DNA of 51,818 nt from positions 1-51,818 of the forward strand of contig JBMFXC010000007.1 of the NCBI GenBank assembly GCA_049964655.1, in the 5' to 3' direction. This document shows, piece by piece, positions 28,628-38,130 of the stretch. Each line of letters opens with the position of its first letter. Positions within the stretch are counted from its first letter, which is position 1. The notes below the pieces were generated by a model. That model did not search any database and was not told the origin of the DNA. It saw only the letters and a list, made by a program, of their open reading frames with translations. Origin of the DNA: Acidimicrobiales bacterium. Lineage in GTDB: Bacteria > Actinomycetota > Acidimicrobiia > Acidimicrobiales > RAAP-2. Made by a program: the position numbers and the translations under genes.

Positions 28628-30400
28628 GTGCTCACGAAGGTCCTCATCGCCAATCGGGGAGAGATCGCCGTACGGGTCATCCGGACCTGCCGCGAGCTGG
28701 GCGTGGCAACCGTCGCCGTGTACTCCGAGCTCGACCGCGACGCCCTCCACGTCCGCCTGGCCGACGAGGCCTACGCCCTGGGCGGGCAGACAGCCGCCGA
28801 GAGCTACCTGAACACCGAGGCGATCCTGTCGGCCATCGAGCGCAGCGGGGCCGACGGGGTCCATCCGGGCTACGGCTTCTTCTCGGAGAACGCTGCGTTC
28901 GCCCGGGCGATCACCGAGCGAGGCGTGACCTTCATCGGGCCTCCCCCCGAGGCCATCGAAGTGATGGGCGACAAGATCAGCTCCCGGCACGCTGCCGAAC
29001 GGGCCGGCGTCTCCGGCGTCCCGGGCCGCTCGGAGACCCTCCGCTCTCCGGACGAGGTGGTGGCCTTCGGGGAGGAGTTCGGATGGCCCGTGGCCATCAA
29101 GGCCGCCTATGGCGGCGGTGGGCGAGGCATGAAGGTGGTCGCCTCGGCCGGCGAAGCGGCGCATGCGCTCGAGTCGGCCCAGCGCGAGGCCCAGGCCTAC
29201 TTCGGCCGTAGCGAGTGCTACCTCGAGCGCTACCTTCCCTGGCCCCGGCACGTCGAGATGCAGATCATCGCCGACACCTTCGGCAACACGGTGTGGCTCG
29301 GCGAGCGCGACTGCTCGTGCCAGCGTCGGCACCAGAAGCTCATCGAGGAGAGCCCGGCGCCCGACTTTCCCGACGAGGTCCGCCACGCCATGGGAGAAGC
29401 CTCGGTGCGCGTCGCCGAGGCGTGCGGCTACGTCAACGCCGGGACCGTCGAGTTCCTCTACCAGGACGGCGAGTTCTTCTTCCTCGAGATGAACACGCGC
29501 CTGCAGGTGGAGCACCCGGTGACCGAGCTGGTCACCGGGCTCGACTTGGTCGAGTGGCAGCTCCGGGTGGCTTCGGGTGAGGCGCTCGGCTTCACCCAGC
29601 AGGACGTCCGTCGTGACGGACACGCCATCGAAGTCCGGATCAACGCCGAAGACCCTGCCGGCGGCGCCTTCACTCCCTCGCCGGGGACGATCACCTCGCT
29701 CGTCCCTCCCGGAGGGCCGGGCGTCCGGCTCGACGCCGGCTACCAGGCTGGGGACACGGTCAGCCAGTTCTACGACAACCTGGTGGCAAAGCTGGTGGTC
29801 TGGGGGCACGACCGCGAGGCGGCCCGTCGGCGCATGCTGCGCGCCATCGACGAGACGAAGATCGAGGGGGTGGCCACCACGCTGCCGGCAGACATCGCCA
29901 TCTTGGCGCACGAGGACTTCGCCTCGGCCACCCACTCGACCAACTGGGTCGAACAGCGGCTCGACCTGTCCGAGGTGCGCTCGGGCCCCGGCCCGGTGGC
30001 ACCGGCCGGCGAGGGCGAAGAAGCCCGGGTCCTGCGCGACGTGACGGCCGAAGTCGACGGGCGCCGCTACCAGGTCAAGCTCTGGGTACCTGACACCGGT
30101 GACGCGGTGGTGGCTTCGGGACGCACGGCGGCGGCAAACCGTCCTGCCGGAGGACGCCGGCCCAAGGCAGTGACGGGTGCCTCCGGGTCCGGCACCGTGT
30201 CGGTCCCCATGCAGGGGACGATCGTCAAGGTGGCTGTGTCCGAGGGCGACGAGGTCGAAGTCGGACAAGTCGTCTGCGTGCTCGAAGCCATGAAGATGGA
30301 GAACAACGTGGTCGCCGAGAAGGCCGGCACGGTGACGGACGTCCGCGTGTCCGCCGGCGACTCCGTCGCTCCCGGCGACGTCATCGCCGTGATCGAGTAG
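28628..30400 (+). CDS. accA: Acyl-CoA (acetyl/propionyl) carboxylase alpha subunit: biotin carboxylase + BCCP domain
   Basis: [22 protein letters not shown], an ATP-grasp region, [14 protein letters not shown], and a C-terminal biotinyl motif EAMKMEN. 590 aa. Confidence 0.95.
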   Translation: MLTKVLIANRGEIAVRVIRTCRELGVATVAVYSELDRDALHVRLADEAYALGGQTAAESYLNTEAILSAIERSGADGVHPGYGFFSENAAFARAITERGVTFIGPPPEAIEVMGDKISSRHAAERAGVSGVPGRSETLRSPDEVVAFGEEFGWPVAIKAAYGGGGRGMKVVASAGEAAHALESAQREAQAYFGRSECYLERYLPWPRHVEMQIIADTFGNTVWLGERDCSCQRRHQKLIEESPAPDFPDEVRHAMGEASVRVAEACGYVNAGTVEFLYQDGEFFFLEMNTRLQVEHPVTELVTGLDLVEWQLRVASGEALGFTQQDVRRDGHAIEVRINAEDPAGGAFTPSPGTITSLVPPGGPGVRLDAGYQAGDTVSQFYDNLVAKLVVWGHDREAARRRMLRAIDETKIEGVATTLPADIAILAHEDFASATHSTNWVEQRLDLSEVRSGPGPVAPAGEGEEARVLRDVTAEVDGRRYQVKLWVPDTGDAVVASGRTAAANRPAGGRRPKAVTGASGSGTVSVPMQGTIVKVAVSEGDEVEVGQVVCVLEAMKMENNVVAEKAGTVTDVRVSAGDSVAPGDVIAVIE

Positions 30401-30413
30401 ACGAGACCGGGCA

Positions 30414-31622
30414 GTGGGCGCCCCCGGGTCGGCCACGTCGGGACGGGTCGGCGAGACCGACGAGACGAAACAGCAGGCCAGGTCGGTGGTCGGCCAAGTC
30501 TTCGGGGAGCTGGTCGAGCTCAGCCACACCATCCATGCCCACCCGGAGACGAACTTCGCCGAGGAGCGCTCCGCGGCGGCCACGGCCGGGTTCCTCGCCG
30601 CCCACGGGCTGGTCGTGACCGAGGGCGTGGGCGGCCTTCCTACCGCGTTCGTCGCCACAGCCGGCTCGGGCCCCGTGACCGTGGCGATCTGCGCCGAGTA
30701 CGACGCCCTCCCCGGCGTCGGCCATGCTTGCGGCCACAACGTCATCGCCGCCGCCGCCGCCGGTGCCGGCGCGGCGCTGGCCGCGGTCGCCGACGACGTC
30801 GGTCTCACCGTGCGGGTGGTCGGCACGCCCGGCGAAGAGGGCGGCGGCGGGAAGATCACCCTTCTCGACCAGGGTGTCTTCGACGGCGTCCACGCCGCCT
30901 TGATGGTCCACCCGTGGCCGGAAGACCGGCTGACGGCCACCTGCCTGGCCGTGTCGCACTTCGACGTGGTCTTCGAGGGCCGGAGTGCGCACGCGTCGGC
31001 AGCCCCCTGGGAGGGGGCGAACGCCGCCGACGCGATGGTGGTCGCCCAGGTGGCCATCGGGCTCCTCCGCCAGCAGCTGCCAGTCGACGACCAGGTCCAC
31101 GGCATCGTGACCTCGGGCGGCGAAGCGGCGAACATCGTCCCCGGGCGGGTGAGCGGCCGCTTCATGGCTCGGTCTCGCACCCTCGAGGGCCTCCGGTCCC
31201 TCGAGCCCCGCGTCATGGCGTGCTTCGAGGCCGGTGCCCTCGCTGCCGGCGTGCACCTGACCCGTACCGAGCTCGCCCCCGTCTACAGCCACATGGTCAC
31301 CGACGCCCCCTTGCTCGCCGCCTACCGGGCCAATGCCGAGGCGCTCGGCCGCTCCTTCGCTGCCGACGACGCCGGCCTCCCGCCGCCCACGCTCTCCACC
31401 GACATGGCGAACGTGTCCCTCGCCGTGCCCACCATCCACCCGCTGCTCGGCATCGAGGCGGGCGGGGCAGTGAACCACCAGCCCGAATTCGCCGCCGCCT
31501 GCGTCACGCCGTCGGCCGACCGAGCCATCTCGGACGGTGCCGTGGCCCTGGCCTGGACGGCGATCGACGCCGCCAGCGATCCCGCTCTCCGCCGCCATCT
31601 CCTCGGTGGTGCCGGGGTCTGA
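30414..31622 (+). CDS. M20D family amidohydrolase (aminoacylase/hippurate hydrolase-like)
   Basis: Motifs HAHPETNFAE, GHACGHNVIAAAAAG and PGEEGGGGK. Confidence 0.83.
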   Translation: MGAPGSATSGRVGETDETKQQARSVVGQVFGELVELSHTIHAHPETNFAEERSAAATAGFLAAHGLVVTEGVGGLPTAFVATAGSGPVTVAICAEYDALPGVGHACGHNVIAAAAAGAGAALAAVADDVGLTVRVVGTPGEEGGGGKITLLDQGVFDGVHAALMVHPWPEDRLTATCLAVSHFDVVFEGRSAHASAAPWEGANAADAMVVAQVAIGLLRQQLPVDDQVHGIVTSGGEAANIVPGRVSGRFMARSRTLEGLRSLEPRVMACFEAGALAAGVHLTRTELAPVYSHMVTDAPLLAAYRANAEALGRSFAADDAGLPPPTLSTDMANVSLAVPTIHPLLGIEAGGAVNHQPEFAAACVTPSADRAISDGAVALAWTAIDAASDPALRRHLLGGAGV

Positions 31623-31670
31623 GCCCGGCACCACGGGAGCCCGGCCGGACGAGTGACGGTCGGCAGAGAT

Positions 31671-31692
31671 AGTTGCTTGCCGGCAAGCAACT
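31671..31692. promoter_or_regulatory. Perfect 22-bp palindrome AGTTGCTTGCCGGCAAGCAACT, probable MarR operator overlapping the marR promoter
   Basis: Exact self-complementarity checked base by base. It is followed by a -10-like TAGGCT (31699-31704) 6 nt before the GTG at 31711, which implies a leaderless mRNA. TTGCCG (31677-31682) is a possible -35. Confidence 0.6.
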
Positions 31693-31710
31693 TATTGCTA
31701 GGCTGACGAC

Positions 31711-32277
31711 GTGATCGAGGGTGTGGCACGGACCGATGCTCCAGAGGCGAACGACCGGGCAAGGGCGGCGAGGCGAGCACGCCGGGGCGACGACCGCGCT
31801 CCTGTTGCCGGCACCCACTCGAACCATCCCCGTGCCGCGCTCACCGAGGACCGCCTCGTCCGCCTCCGAAGGGCCGTGGGGCGGAGCGCCCGAGGCCTTC
31901 GTCACACGGCGGCGGCCGGCATCGACCTCACTCCCACACAGGTCGACGTACTGGCCACCGTCGCCCGGACGGGGCCCGTCCGCCTGGCGGAGCTGACGGT
32001 CACCGAGCAGCTCCACCCGTCGATGCTGTCGCGGATCGCCGGCAGGCTCGAAGCCGCCGGGCTGGTGGAGCGTCGCCCTGACCCGACCGACGGGCGTGCG
32101 GCCGCCCTCGTCGTCACCGCGACCGGCGCGGCACTCTCCGCCGAGGTTCGCCGCGTCCGCACCGAAGCGTTGCGCTCCGCCCTCGGGCGGCTCGACCCTG
32201 GCACGCGCCGTGTCCTGGCCGAAGCCGTCCCCGCCCTCGAAGCACTGGCCGAGGCGCTCCAGCAGGGGATGTCGTGA
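31711..32277 (+). CDS. MarR family transcriptional regulator
   Basis: Winged-helix core LTPTQVDVLATVARTGPVRLAELTVTEQLHPSMLSRIAGRLEAAGLVERRPDPTDGRAAALVVTATG. Its stop overlaps the MFS start (GTGA). Confidence 0.85.
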   Translation: MIEGVARTDAPEANDRARAARRARRGDDRAPVAGTHSNHPRAALTEDRLVRLRRAVGRSARGLRHTAAAGIDLTPTQVDVLATVARTGPVRLAELTVTEQLHPSMLSRIAGRLEAAGLVERRPDPTDGRAAALVVTATGAALSAEVRRVRTEALRSALGRLDPGTRRVLAEAVPALEALAEALQQGMS

Positions 32278-33536
32278 CCTTGCGGGCCACCGGGCGGCGG
32301 ACGTTCTCGTCGCTGTCGGTCCCGAACTACCGGAAGTACTTCACCGGTCAGGCGATCTCGCTGGTCGGGACGTGGATGCAGACCACTGCCCAGTCGTGGC
32401 TGGTCCTCACCGTCACGCACTCAGCCACCGACCTCGGCCTGGTGGTGGCCTTGCAGACGCTGCCAGTCCTGTTGCTCGGTCCCTACGCCGGCGTCATCGC
32501 CGACCGAGTCGACAAACGGCGTCTGATGGTGGTCCTCCAGTCGGCCATGGGCATCCAGGCGCTGGCACTCGGCGTGCTCACGCTCGCCGGCTCCGCCACC
32601 TTCGTCGACATCAGCGTGCTCGCCGTCGTCCTCGGGCTCAACAACTGCTTCGAGAACCCGGCCCGCCAGGCCTTCGTCCTCGAGATGGTGGGCGCGGGCG
32701 ACCTCCGCAACGCCGTCAGCCTGAACTCGACACTGGTCAACGCCGCTCGAGCGGTGGGCCCGGCCATCGCCGGTGTGTTCATCGCCACTGTCGGCACCGG
32801 GTGGTGCTTCGTGGCCAATGCAGTGAGCTTCGTCGCCGTCGTGGTCTCACTCGTCACCATGGACGTCCGCTCGCTCGAGCCCACCCCGCCGGCCCAGCGC
32901 CAGAAGGGCCAGATGCGCGAAGGGCTGCGCTACGTGGCCCGGACGCCCGAGCTCGGCATCCCGCTTCTCATGATGGGCCTGGTCGGGATGCTCGCCTACG
33001 AGTTCCAGGTCACGCTCCCCGTCGCTGCCCAACGGGTGTTCCACGGCGGCTCGGAGTCCTACGGCCTCATGACTGCAGCCATGGGGATCGGGGCCGCTGT
33101 CGGCGGTCTGGTGAGCGCTGCCCGGGGCCGGACCGGCATCCGTTCGCTCGTCGTGACAGCCGTGCTCTTCGGCGTGGTGATCATGGCTACGGCACTCTCT
33201 CCCGATGCCGCGGTGGCCTACGTCGCCCTCGTCTTCGTGGGCTTCGCCAGCGTCTCCTTCCTCGCCATGGGCAACTCGACCCTGCAGCTCGAAGCCGAGC
33301 CCCAGATGCGCGGCCGGGTGATGGCACTGTGGTCGGTCGCCTTCCTCGGCTCGACGCCCGTGGGCGGTCCGCTGATCGGCTGGGTGAGCGCTCGCGCCGG
33401 AGCACGCGTCGGTCTCGCTGTCGGCGCCGCCTCCTGCCTGGTGGCCGCCGGCCTTGGCGTCGTCGCCCTCCGGGCTCGCCGAGCCCGTGGAGGTGCACCC
33501 CCGCTCCCCCGGGTGATCGACCCCCGACCGTTGTGA
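32274..33536 (+). CDS. MFS transporter (EntS/DHA3-like efflux type)
   Basis: 12 predicted TM segments. N-terminal FRKYFTGQAISLVGTWMQ.. and GVIADRVDKRRLM motifs typical of this MFS subfamily. Translationally coupled to marR. Confidence 0.88.
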   Translation: MTLRATGRRTFSSLSVPNYRKYFTGQAISLVGTWMQTTAQSWLVLTVTHSATDLGLVVALQTLPVLLLGPYAGVIADRVDKRRLMVVLQSAMGIQALALGVLTLAGSATFVDISVLAVVLGLNNCFENPARQAFVLEMVGAGDLRNAVSLNSTLVNAARAVGPAIAGVFIATVGTGWCFVANAVSFVAVVVSLVTMDVRSLEPTPPAQRQKGQMREGLRYVARTPELGIPLLMMGLVGMLAYEFQVTLPVAAQRVFHGGSESYGLMTAAMGIGAAVGGLVSAARGRTGIRSLVVTAVLFGVVIMATALSPDAAVAYVALVFVGFASVSFLAMGNSTLQLEAEPQMRGRVMALWSVAFLGSTPVGGPLIGWVSARAGARVGLAVGAASCLVAAGLGVVALRARRARGGAPPLPRVIDPRPL

Positions 33537-33653
33537 GCCCCAGCCTGCGTCTTGGCGGCTTGGTGCGGCCTGGCGGCGCGGAGGACCGGCGCGGCCGGCG
33601 AGCACCTCGGCGTCGTCGTGACAGACGGCCTCGCTCGGGCGGGTAGCGGGGCC

Positions 33654-35249
33654 TCAGCCGCCAGGGTGGTACTCGCCGAACACGCCCCGCAGCACGTCGG
33701 ACACCTCACCGAGCGTCGCCATCCGGCCGAGCGCGGCCTTCATGGGCACGAGCAGGTTCTGCGTCCCTCTCGCCGCGGCTTCGACGTCGGCCAAGGCGGC
33801 GTCGACCGCGGCCTGGTCGCGCTCGGCCCGGACCCGGCGGACTCGGCGGACCTGCTCCTCCTGGAGCTCGACGTCGACCGGGAACACCTCGGTGTCGTCC
33901 GGCGCGTCGTCACGGAAGCGATTGACCCCGACGACGACTTTGTCGCCGGCGTCGATCGCCTTGGTGTAGGCGTAGGCGGCTTGCTCGATCTCCTGCTGCA
34001 TGAACTGGGCCTCGATGGCGCTCACCGCGCCGCCCATGGCGTCGATGCGCTCGAGATAGGCCCATGCTGCCGCCTCGACCTCGTCGGTGAGGGACTCGAC
34101 GAAGTACGAGCCGGCCAGCGGATCGACGGTGTCGGCGATCCCGGACTCGTAGCCGACGATCTGCTGGGTGCGCAGGGCGATCTTGGCGGCACGCTCGGTC
34201 GGGAGCCCGAGCGCCTCGTCGAAGCCGTTGGTGTGCAGGCTCTGGGTGCCACCGAGAGCGGCAGCGAGAGCTTGGATGGTGACGCGAACGATGTTGTTCT
34301 CGGGTTGCTGGGCAGTAAGAGTGGAACCGCCGGTCTGCGTGTGGAAGCGGAGCAGCTTCGAGCGTTCGTCCTTCGCCTCGAAGCGCTCGGTCATCACCCG
34401 GGCCCACATCCGACGAGCCGCACGGAACTTCGCCACCTCCTCGAAGAGGTGGTTGTGGGCGTTCCAGAAGAAGCTCAGGCGGGGAGCGAACGCGTCCACG
34501 TCGAGCCCGGCGGCAAGCGCCGCCTCCACGTAGGCGATCCCGTTGGCGATGGTGAAGGCGATCTCTTGCACGGCCGTCGACCCGGCCTCGCGGATGTGGT
34601 AGCCGGAGATCGAGATGGTGTTCCACGACGGCAGGTGCTCGGCGCAGTAGGCGAAGGTGTCCGTCACCAGCCGCATCGACGGGCGGGGCGGGTACACGTA
34701 GGTCCCCCGGGCCACGTACTCCTTCAGGATGTCGTTCTGGATGGTCCCCCCCAAGGCGGAGGGCGCGACACCGTTCTCCTCGGCCACCAGCTGGTAGAGC
34801 AGGAGGAGGATAGCGGCGGTGGCATTGATCGTCATCGACGTGGTCACCCGATCGAGCGGGAGGTCGGCGAGCAGCAGGCGCATGTCGGCGAGCGAGTCGA
34901 TGGCGACCCCGACCTTGCCGACCTCGCCTTCCGAGCGAGGATGGTCGGAGTCGTACCCCATCTGGGTCGGCAGGTCGAAGGCGCACGACAGACCGGTCTG
35001 GCCGGCGTCGAGCAGGAACTTGAAGCGCTGGTTCGTCGCCTCTGCCGTGCCGAACCCGGCATACTGCCGCATGGTCCACAGACGTCCGCGGTACATGTCG
35101 GGACGGACACCCCGGGTATAGGGGTACCGGCCCGGCTCACCGAGCTTGACGGAGGGGTCGAACCCCTCGAGGTCTTCGGGACCGTAGACGACCTTGATGT
35201 CGATCCCCGAATCGGTCGAGCGACCGGAGTGCGTCGGCGCAGATGACAT
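33654..35249 (-). CDS. Acyl-CoA (methylmalonyl/isobutyryl-CoA) mutase large subunit, catalytic TIM-barrel domain only
   Basis: Motifs [64 protein letters not shown] and [12 protein letters not shown]. 531 aa, with no C-terminal B12-binding domain. Confidence 0.92.
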   Translation of the reverse strand: MSSAPTHSGRSTDSGIDIKVVYGPEDLEGFDPSVKLGEPGRYPYTRGVRPDMYRGRLWTMRQYAGFGTAEATNQRFKFLLDAGQTGLSCAFDLPTQMGYDSDHPRSEGEVGKVGVAIDSLADMRLLLADLPLDRVTTSMTINATAAILLLLYQLVAEENGVAPSALGGTIQNDILKEYVARGTYVYPPRPSMRLVTDTFAYCAEHLPSWNTISISGYHIREAGSTAVQEIAFTIANGIAYVEAALAAGLDVDAFAPRLSFFWNAHNHLFEEVAKFRAARRMWARVMTERFEAKDERSKLLRFHTQTGGSTLTAQQPENNIVRVTIQALAAALGGTQSLHTNGFDEALGLPTERAAKIALRTQQIVGYESGIADTVDPLAGSYFVESLTDEVEAAAWAYLERIDAMGGAVSAIEAQFMQQEIEQAAYAYTKAIDAGDKVVVGVNRFRDDAPDDTEVFPVDVELQEEQVRRVRRVRAERDQAAVDAALADVEAAARGTQNLLVPMKAALGRMATLGEVSDVLRGVFGEYHPGG

Positions 35250-35317
35250 GCGAGCAGGTTAGGCCCTTCGAGGAGCCTGCTTCGACGGCAGCCGGTCCGG
35301 AGATGAGCAACGTGGAT

Positions 35318-35350
35318 GGCCGGGTCGCGGCCGGGTCGCGGCCGGGTCGC
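35318..35350. repeat. 11-bp tandem repeat x3 (GGCCGGGTCGC) with an adjacent complementary arm
   Basis: Read directly. It is followed by TTGGCGACCGGC, which can pair with the last unit. Lies between the desaturase stop (35368) and the mutase start (35249). Confidence 0.8.
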
Positions 35351-35367
35351 TTGGCGACCGGCAGTCG

Positions 35368-36402
35368 TCAGTCGAGACCGAGGACCGAAAGGCCGAGACC
35401 GGCGGCACGCAGGTGGCGAAGCACGTCGGCGTACGCCCCGACGAGGCTGCGCTCGGCGTAGTGGATCCGGTGCTCGTCGCAGAAGGGCCGGACGAGCGTC
35501 CGGGCACGTCGCAAGTTCGCCCGCGGCATGGAGGGGAAGAGGTGGTGCTCGATCTGTGCGTCGAGCCCCCCGAACAGGAAGCCCACCACGGCGCCCGGAG
35601 ACAGGTTGCGCGACGTGAGCACTTGGCGACGGAGGAACCCGAGCCCGTCGCCGCGGGCCACGGTCGGCATGCCCACGTGGTTGGTGAGGAAGGTCGCGCC
35701 GAGGTAGAAGCCGAAGAGGCCCTGGCTCACGGCGATGAACGCGAGGGCCCGGACGGGCGAGAGCACGAGGAACGGACCGCCGAAGAACACCGCGGCGTGG
35801 GCGACGAGGAGCACCGCCTCGACCACCGCCCCCCGGTCGCGGCGCCTGGCCACGGCCACCGCGCTCGCCACCTCCAGATTGAGCCCCTCGAGGAACAACA
35901 GCGGTGCGACGAAGAGCGCCTGGCTCCGAGCGAAGCGGCGCCCCACCGGGCCGCGGGCGGCGGCCTGGGACGACGAGTAGACGAGCGCGCCCGGGGACAG
36001 GTCGGGGTCCTTGTCCGGCCAGTTGGTGTAGGCGTGGTGCCGGTTGTGCTTGGCCAGCCACCACGTGAAGCTCATCCCCATCAGGAGGTCGGCGGCGACG
36101 AACCCGATGAGGTCGTTGCCGCGTCTGCGTGCGCAGATCTGGCGGTGCCCGGCATCGTGACCGAGGAACCCGAGCTGCGCCAGCACCACGGCGAGACCAG
36201 CGGCAACGGCCAGGTTCCACCACCGGTCGCCGACGACGACGACGAGAGCGGCGAGGACAACCAGGGCGCCGACGACCACGCCGATCTTCACGACGTAGTA
36301 GGACCTGCGTCGCTCCAGCAACCCCCCTGCCCGCACGATGCGGGCGAGCTCCGCGTACTCGCTTTGGGCGGGCTCGACGTGGCCCAGCTCCCCAGTGATC
36401 AC
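35368..36402 (-). CDS. Membrane fatty-acid (acyl-CoA/acyl-lipid) desaturase, three His-box type
   Basis: His boxes HDAGHRQ, HNRHHAYTN and QIEHHLFPSMP, plus TM segments. Start set at the in-frame GTG 36402-36400 (VITGELGHVEPAQSEYAEL..); other GTGs nearby are possible. Confidence 0.84.
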   Translation of the reverse strand: MITGELGHVEPAQSEYAELARIVRAGGLLERRRSYYVVKIGVVVGALVVLAALVVVVGDRWWNLAVAAGLAVVLAQLGFLGHDAGHRQICARRRGNDLIGFVAADLLMGMSFTWWLAKHNRHHAYTNWPDKDPDLSPGALVYSSSQAAARGPVGRRFARSQALFVAPLLFLEGLNLEVASAVAVARRRDRGAVVEAVLLVAHAAVFFGGPFLVLSPVRALAFIAVSQGLFGFYLGATFLTNHVGMPTVARGDGLGFLRRQVLTSRNLSPGAVVGFLFGGLDAQIEHHLFPSMPRANLRRARTLVRPFCDEHRIHYAERSLVGAYADVLRHLRAAGLGLSVLGLD

Positions 36403-36541
36403 GAACCAGGCTACACCGACGACCGCCGGCGTCAGCCGGCGCACGTCACCGAGCACCCGGTTGTCGACCCGGCCGATCCACGAACAGCGAGCGCCTCCTG
36501 GCGGCGGGCCCCGAGGTAACCCCCAAGGCCCGCCGGGTCGT

Positions 36542-37726
36542 TCAGGCGGGAGGCGCGACGACGTGAGGCATGCAGAGGTCGTCGTACTCGGCGATGACGA
36601 TCTCACCGGCGTCCGGCCCGCAGGTCGGGCATGCCGGGTCCTGGTGCACCTTGAAGGTGCGGAAGCTCTGTTCGAGCGCGTCGTAGGAGAGCAGACGGCC
36701 CTGCAGGGTGTCACCCAGGTCGAGGAGGAGCTTGATGGTCTCGATGGCCTGGAGCGAGCCGATGATGCCGGGGAGCACGCCCAGGACACCGGCCTCCGAG
36801 CAGCTCGGAGCGAGCTCGGCGGGGGGCGGCTCGGGGACCATGCAGCGGTAGCAGGGCCCGTAGTAGGGGTTGAAGACGGTCACCGCACCCTCGAACCGGA
36901 AGATCGAGCCGTGGACGACGGGGATCCGCTTGAGCACCGAGGCGTCGTTGACGAGGTACCGGGTCGGGAAGTTGTCGGTACCGTCCACGATGACGTCGTA
37001 GCCGTCGATGATGTCGAGCACGTTGTCGGCGCCGAGCCGAACGTCGTAGGTGACCACGTCGATGTCGGGGTTCATCGCCGTCAGCGTCTTCTTCGCCGAG
37101 TCGACCTTGCGCTCGCCGATCCGCTCGGTGTTGTGGAGGATCTGGCGCTGCAGGTTGGAGGCGTCGACGACGTCCATGTCGATGATGCCGAGGGTGCCTA
37201 CCCCGGCGGCGGCCAGGTACAGGGCAGCGGGCGAGCCAAGCCCGCCCGCCCCGAGCAGGAGCACCTTGGAGTCGAGCAGCTTCAGCTGCCCTGCCTCACC
37301 GACCTCGGGAAGGAGCAGGTGACGCTGGTAGCGGTTGCGCTGCTCGGCCGTGAGCGCACGCGGCGTCGACCACGGCCGGCCCTCGTCCTTCCAGCGGTTG
37401 AACCCTCCGAGCACCGAGGAGACGTCGGTGTAGCCGAGCTCCTGCAGGGTCTGGGCGGCGAACGCCGACCGCACGCCACCGGCGCAGTAGATGAGCACGT
37501 GGGCGCCCTTGTCGGGGATGCGCCCCTCCACCGACAGCTCGAGGTTCCCCCGTGGGATGTGCACGGCACCGGGCACCGACCCCTGCTGGTACTCGTCGGG
37601 CTCGCGTACGTCGAGGAGCACGGCGCCCGGATGCGCCATCTCTTCCTCCGCCGTCTGCGGGTCGACCTCGCGGATGGCCGCTTTGGCTGCGGCCAGCATC
37701 TCCCTGAACGTCGGCACGGCGATCAC
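36542..37726 (-). CDS. Rhodanese-ThiF/MoeB fusion (MoeZ-like adenylyltransferase/sulfurtransferase) with the rhodanese domain at the N-terminus
   Basis: aa 1-~125: rhodanese with active-site loop CAGGVRS. After that: ThiF/MoeB domain (LLLGAGGLGSPAALYLAAAGVG, NLQRQILH, Zn motifs CYRC and CPTC). 394 aa. Confidence 0.9.
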   Translation of the reverse strand: MIAVPTFREMLAAAKAAIREVDPQTAEEEMAHPGAVLLDVREPDEYQQGSVPGAVHIPRGNLELSVEGRIPDKGAHVLIYCAGGVRSAFAAQTLQELGYTDVSSVLGGFNRWKDEGRPWSTPRALTAEQRNRYQRHLLLPEVGEAGQLKLLDSKVLLLGAGGLGSPAALYLAAAGVGTLGIIDMDVVDASNLQRQILHNTERIGERKVDSAKKTLTAMNPDIDVVTYDVRLGADNVLDIIDGYDVIVDGTDNFPTRYLVNDASVLKRIPVVHGSIFRFEGAVTVFNPYYGPCYRCMVPEPPPAELAPSCSEAGVLGVLPGIIGSLQAIETIKLLLDLGDTLQGRLLSYDALEQSFRTFKVHQDPACPTCGPDAGEIVIAEYDDLCMPHVVAPPA

Positions 37727-37786
37727 GTCCCTCCTGCCGGTAGACCCCTCGCGAGTCCAGCGCGGCCAGTGTGTTGTGCGTCCCTA

Positions 37787-37812
37787 AACCCTACCAGGAG
37801 GGTCGACATTCC
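37787..37812 (-). promoter_or_regulatory. SigH/SigR-type ECF promoter GGAAT-N18-GTT directed towards the MoeZ-like gene
   Basis: Minus strand: GGAAT (complement of 37808-37812), an exactly 18-nt spacer, and GTT (complement of 37787-37789). It sits about 60 nt upstream of the ATG at 37726. Confidence 0.45.
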
Positions 37813-38130
37813 TGACAGGCCGGGGCGCTGCTGCCGCTCGTCTCGGGCGGTGTGCCCAGCCCGTCGACATTCCCGACAGGCCGCGGGCACGGGACTGCAG
37901 GACACAGAGCAGTGGTTCGGCGCCTACTGCTCGCAACGGCGGACGACCGAGCTCGATGGACCGGTGTTGCGGCCTCCGTCGACGGTCCGAGACCTTCACC
38001 TGCTCGCCCACCTCTCTAGTACCGTCGCCACGGTGCCGTTCCGCCTCGATGCCCTGCCCCGGCAGCCGCTGGACGACCGGGCCGGACCCGGGTGGGCAGG
38101 CGGGGGGCTCTCCAGAGGAGGTCCGCGTCC

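Noticed and set aside
37863-37883. Second GGGAAT-containing copy of the 21-nt motif as a second SigH-type promoter
   Set aside because: Eighteen nt downstream (minus strand) it reads CCG rather than GTT, so it lacks the -10 element. It is kept only as a repeat or possible regulator site.
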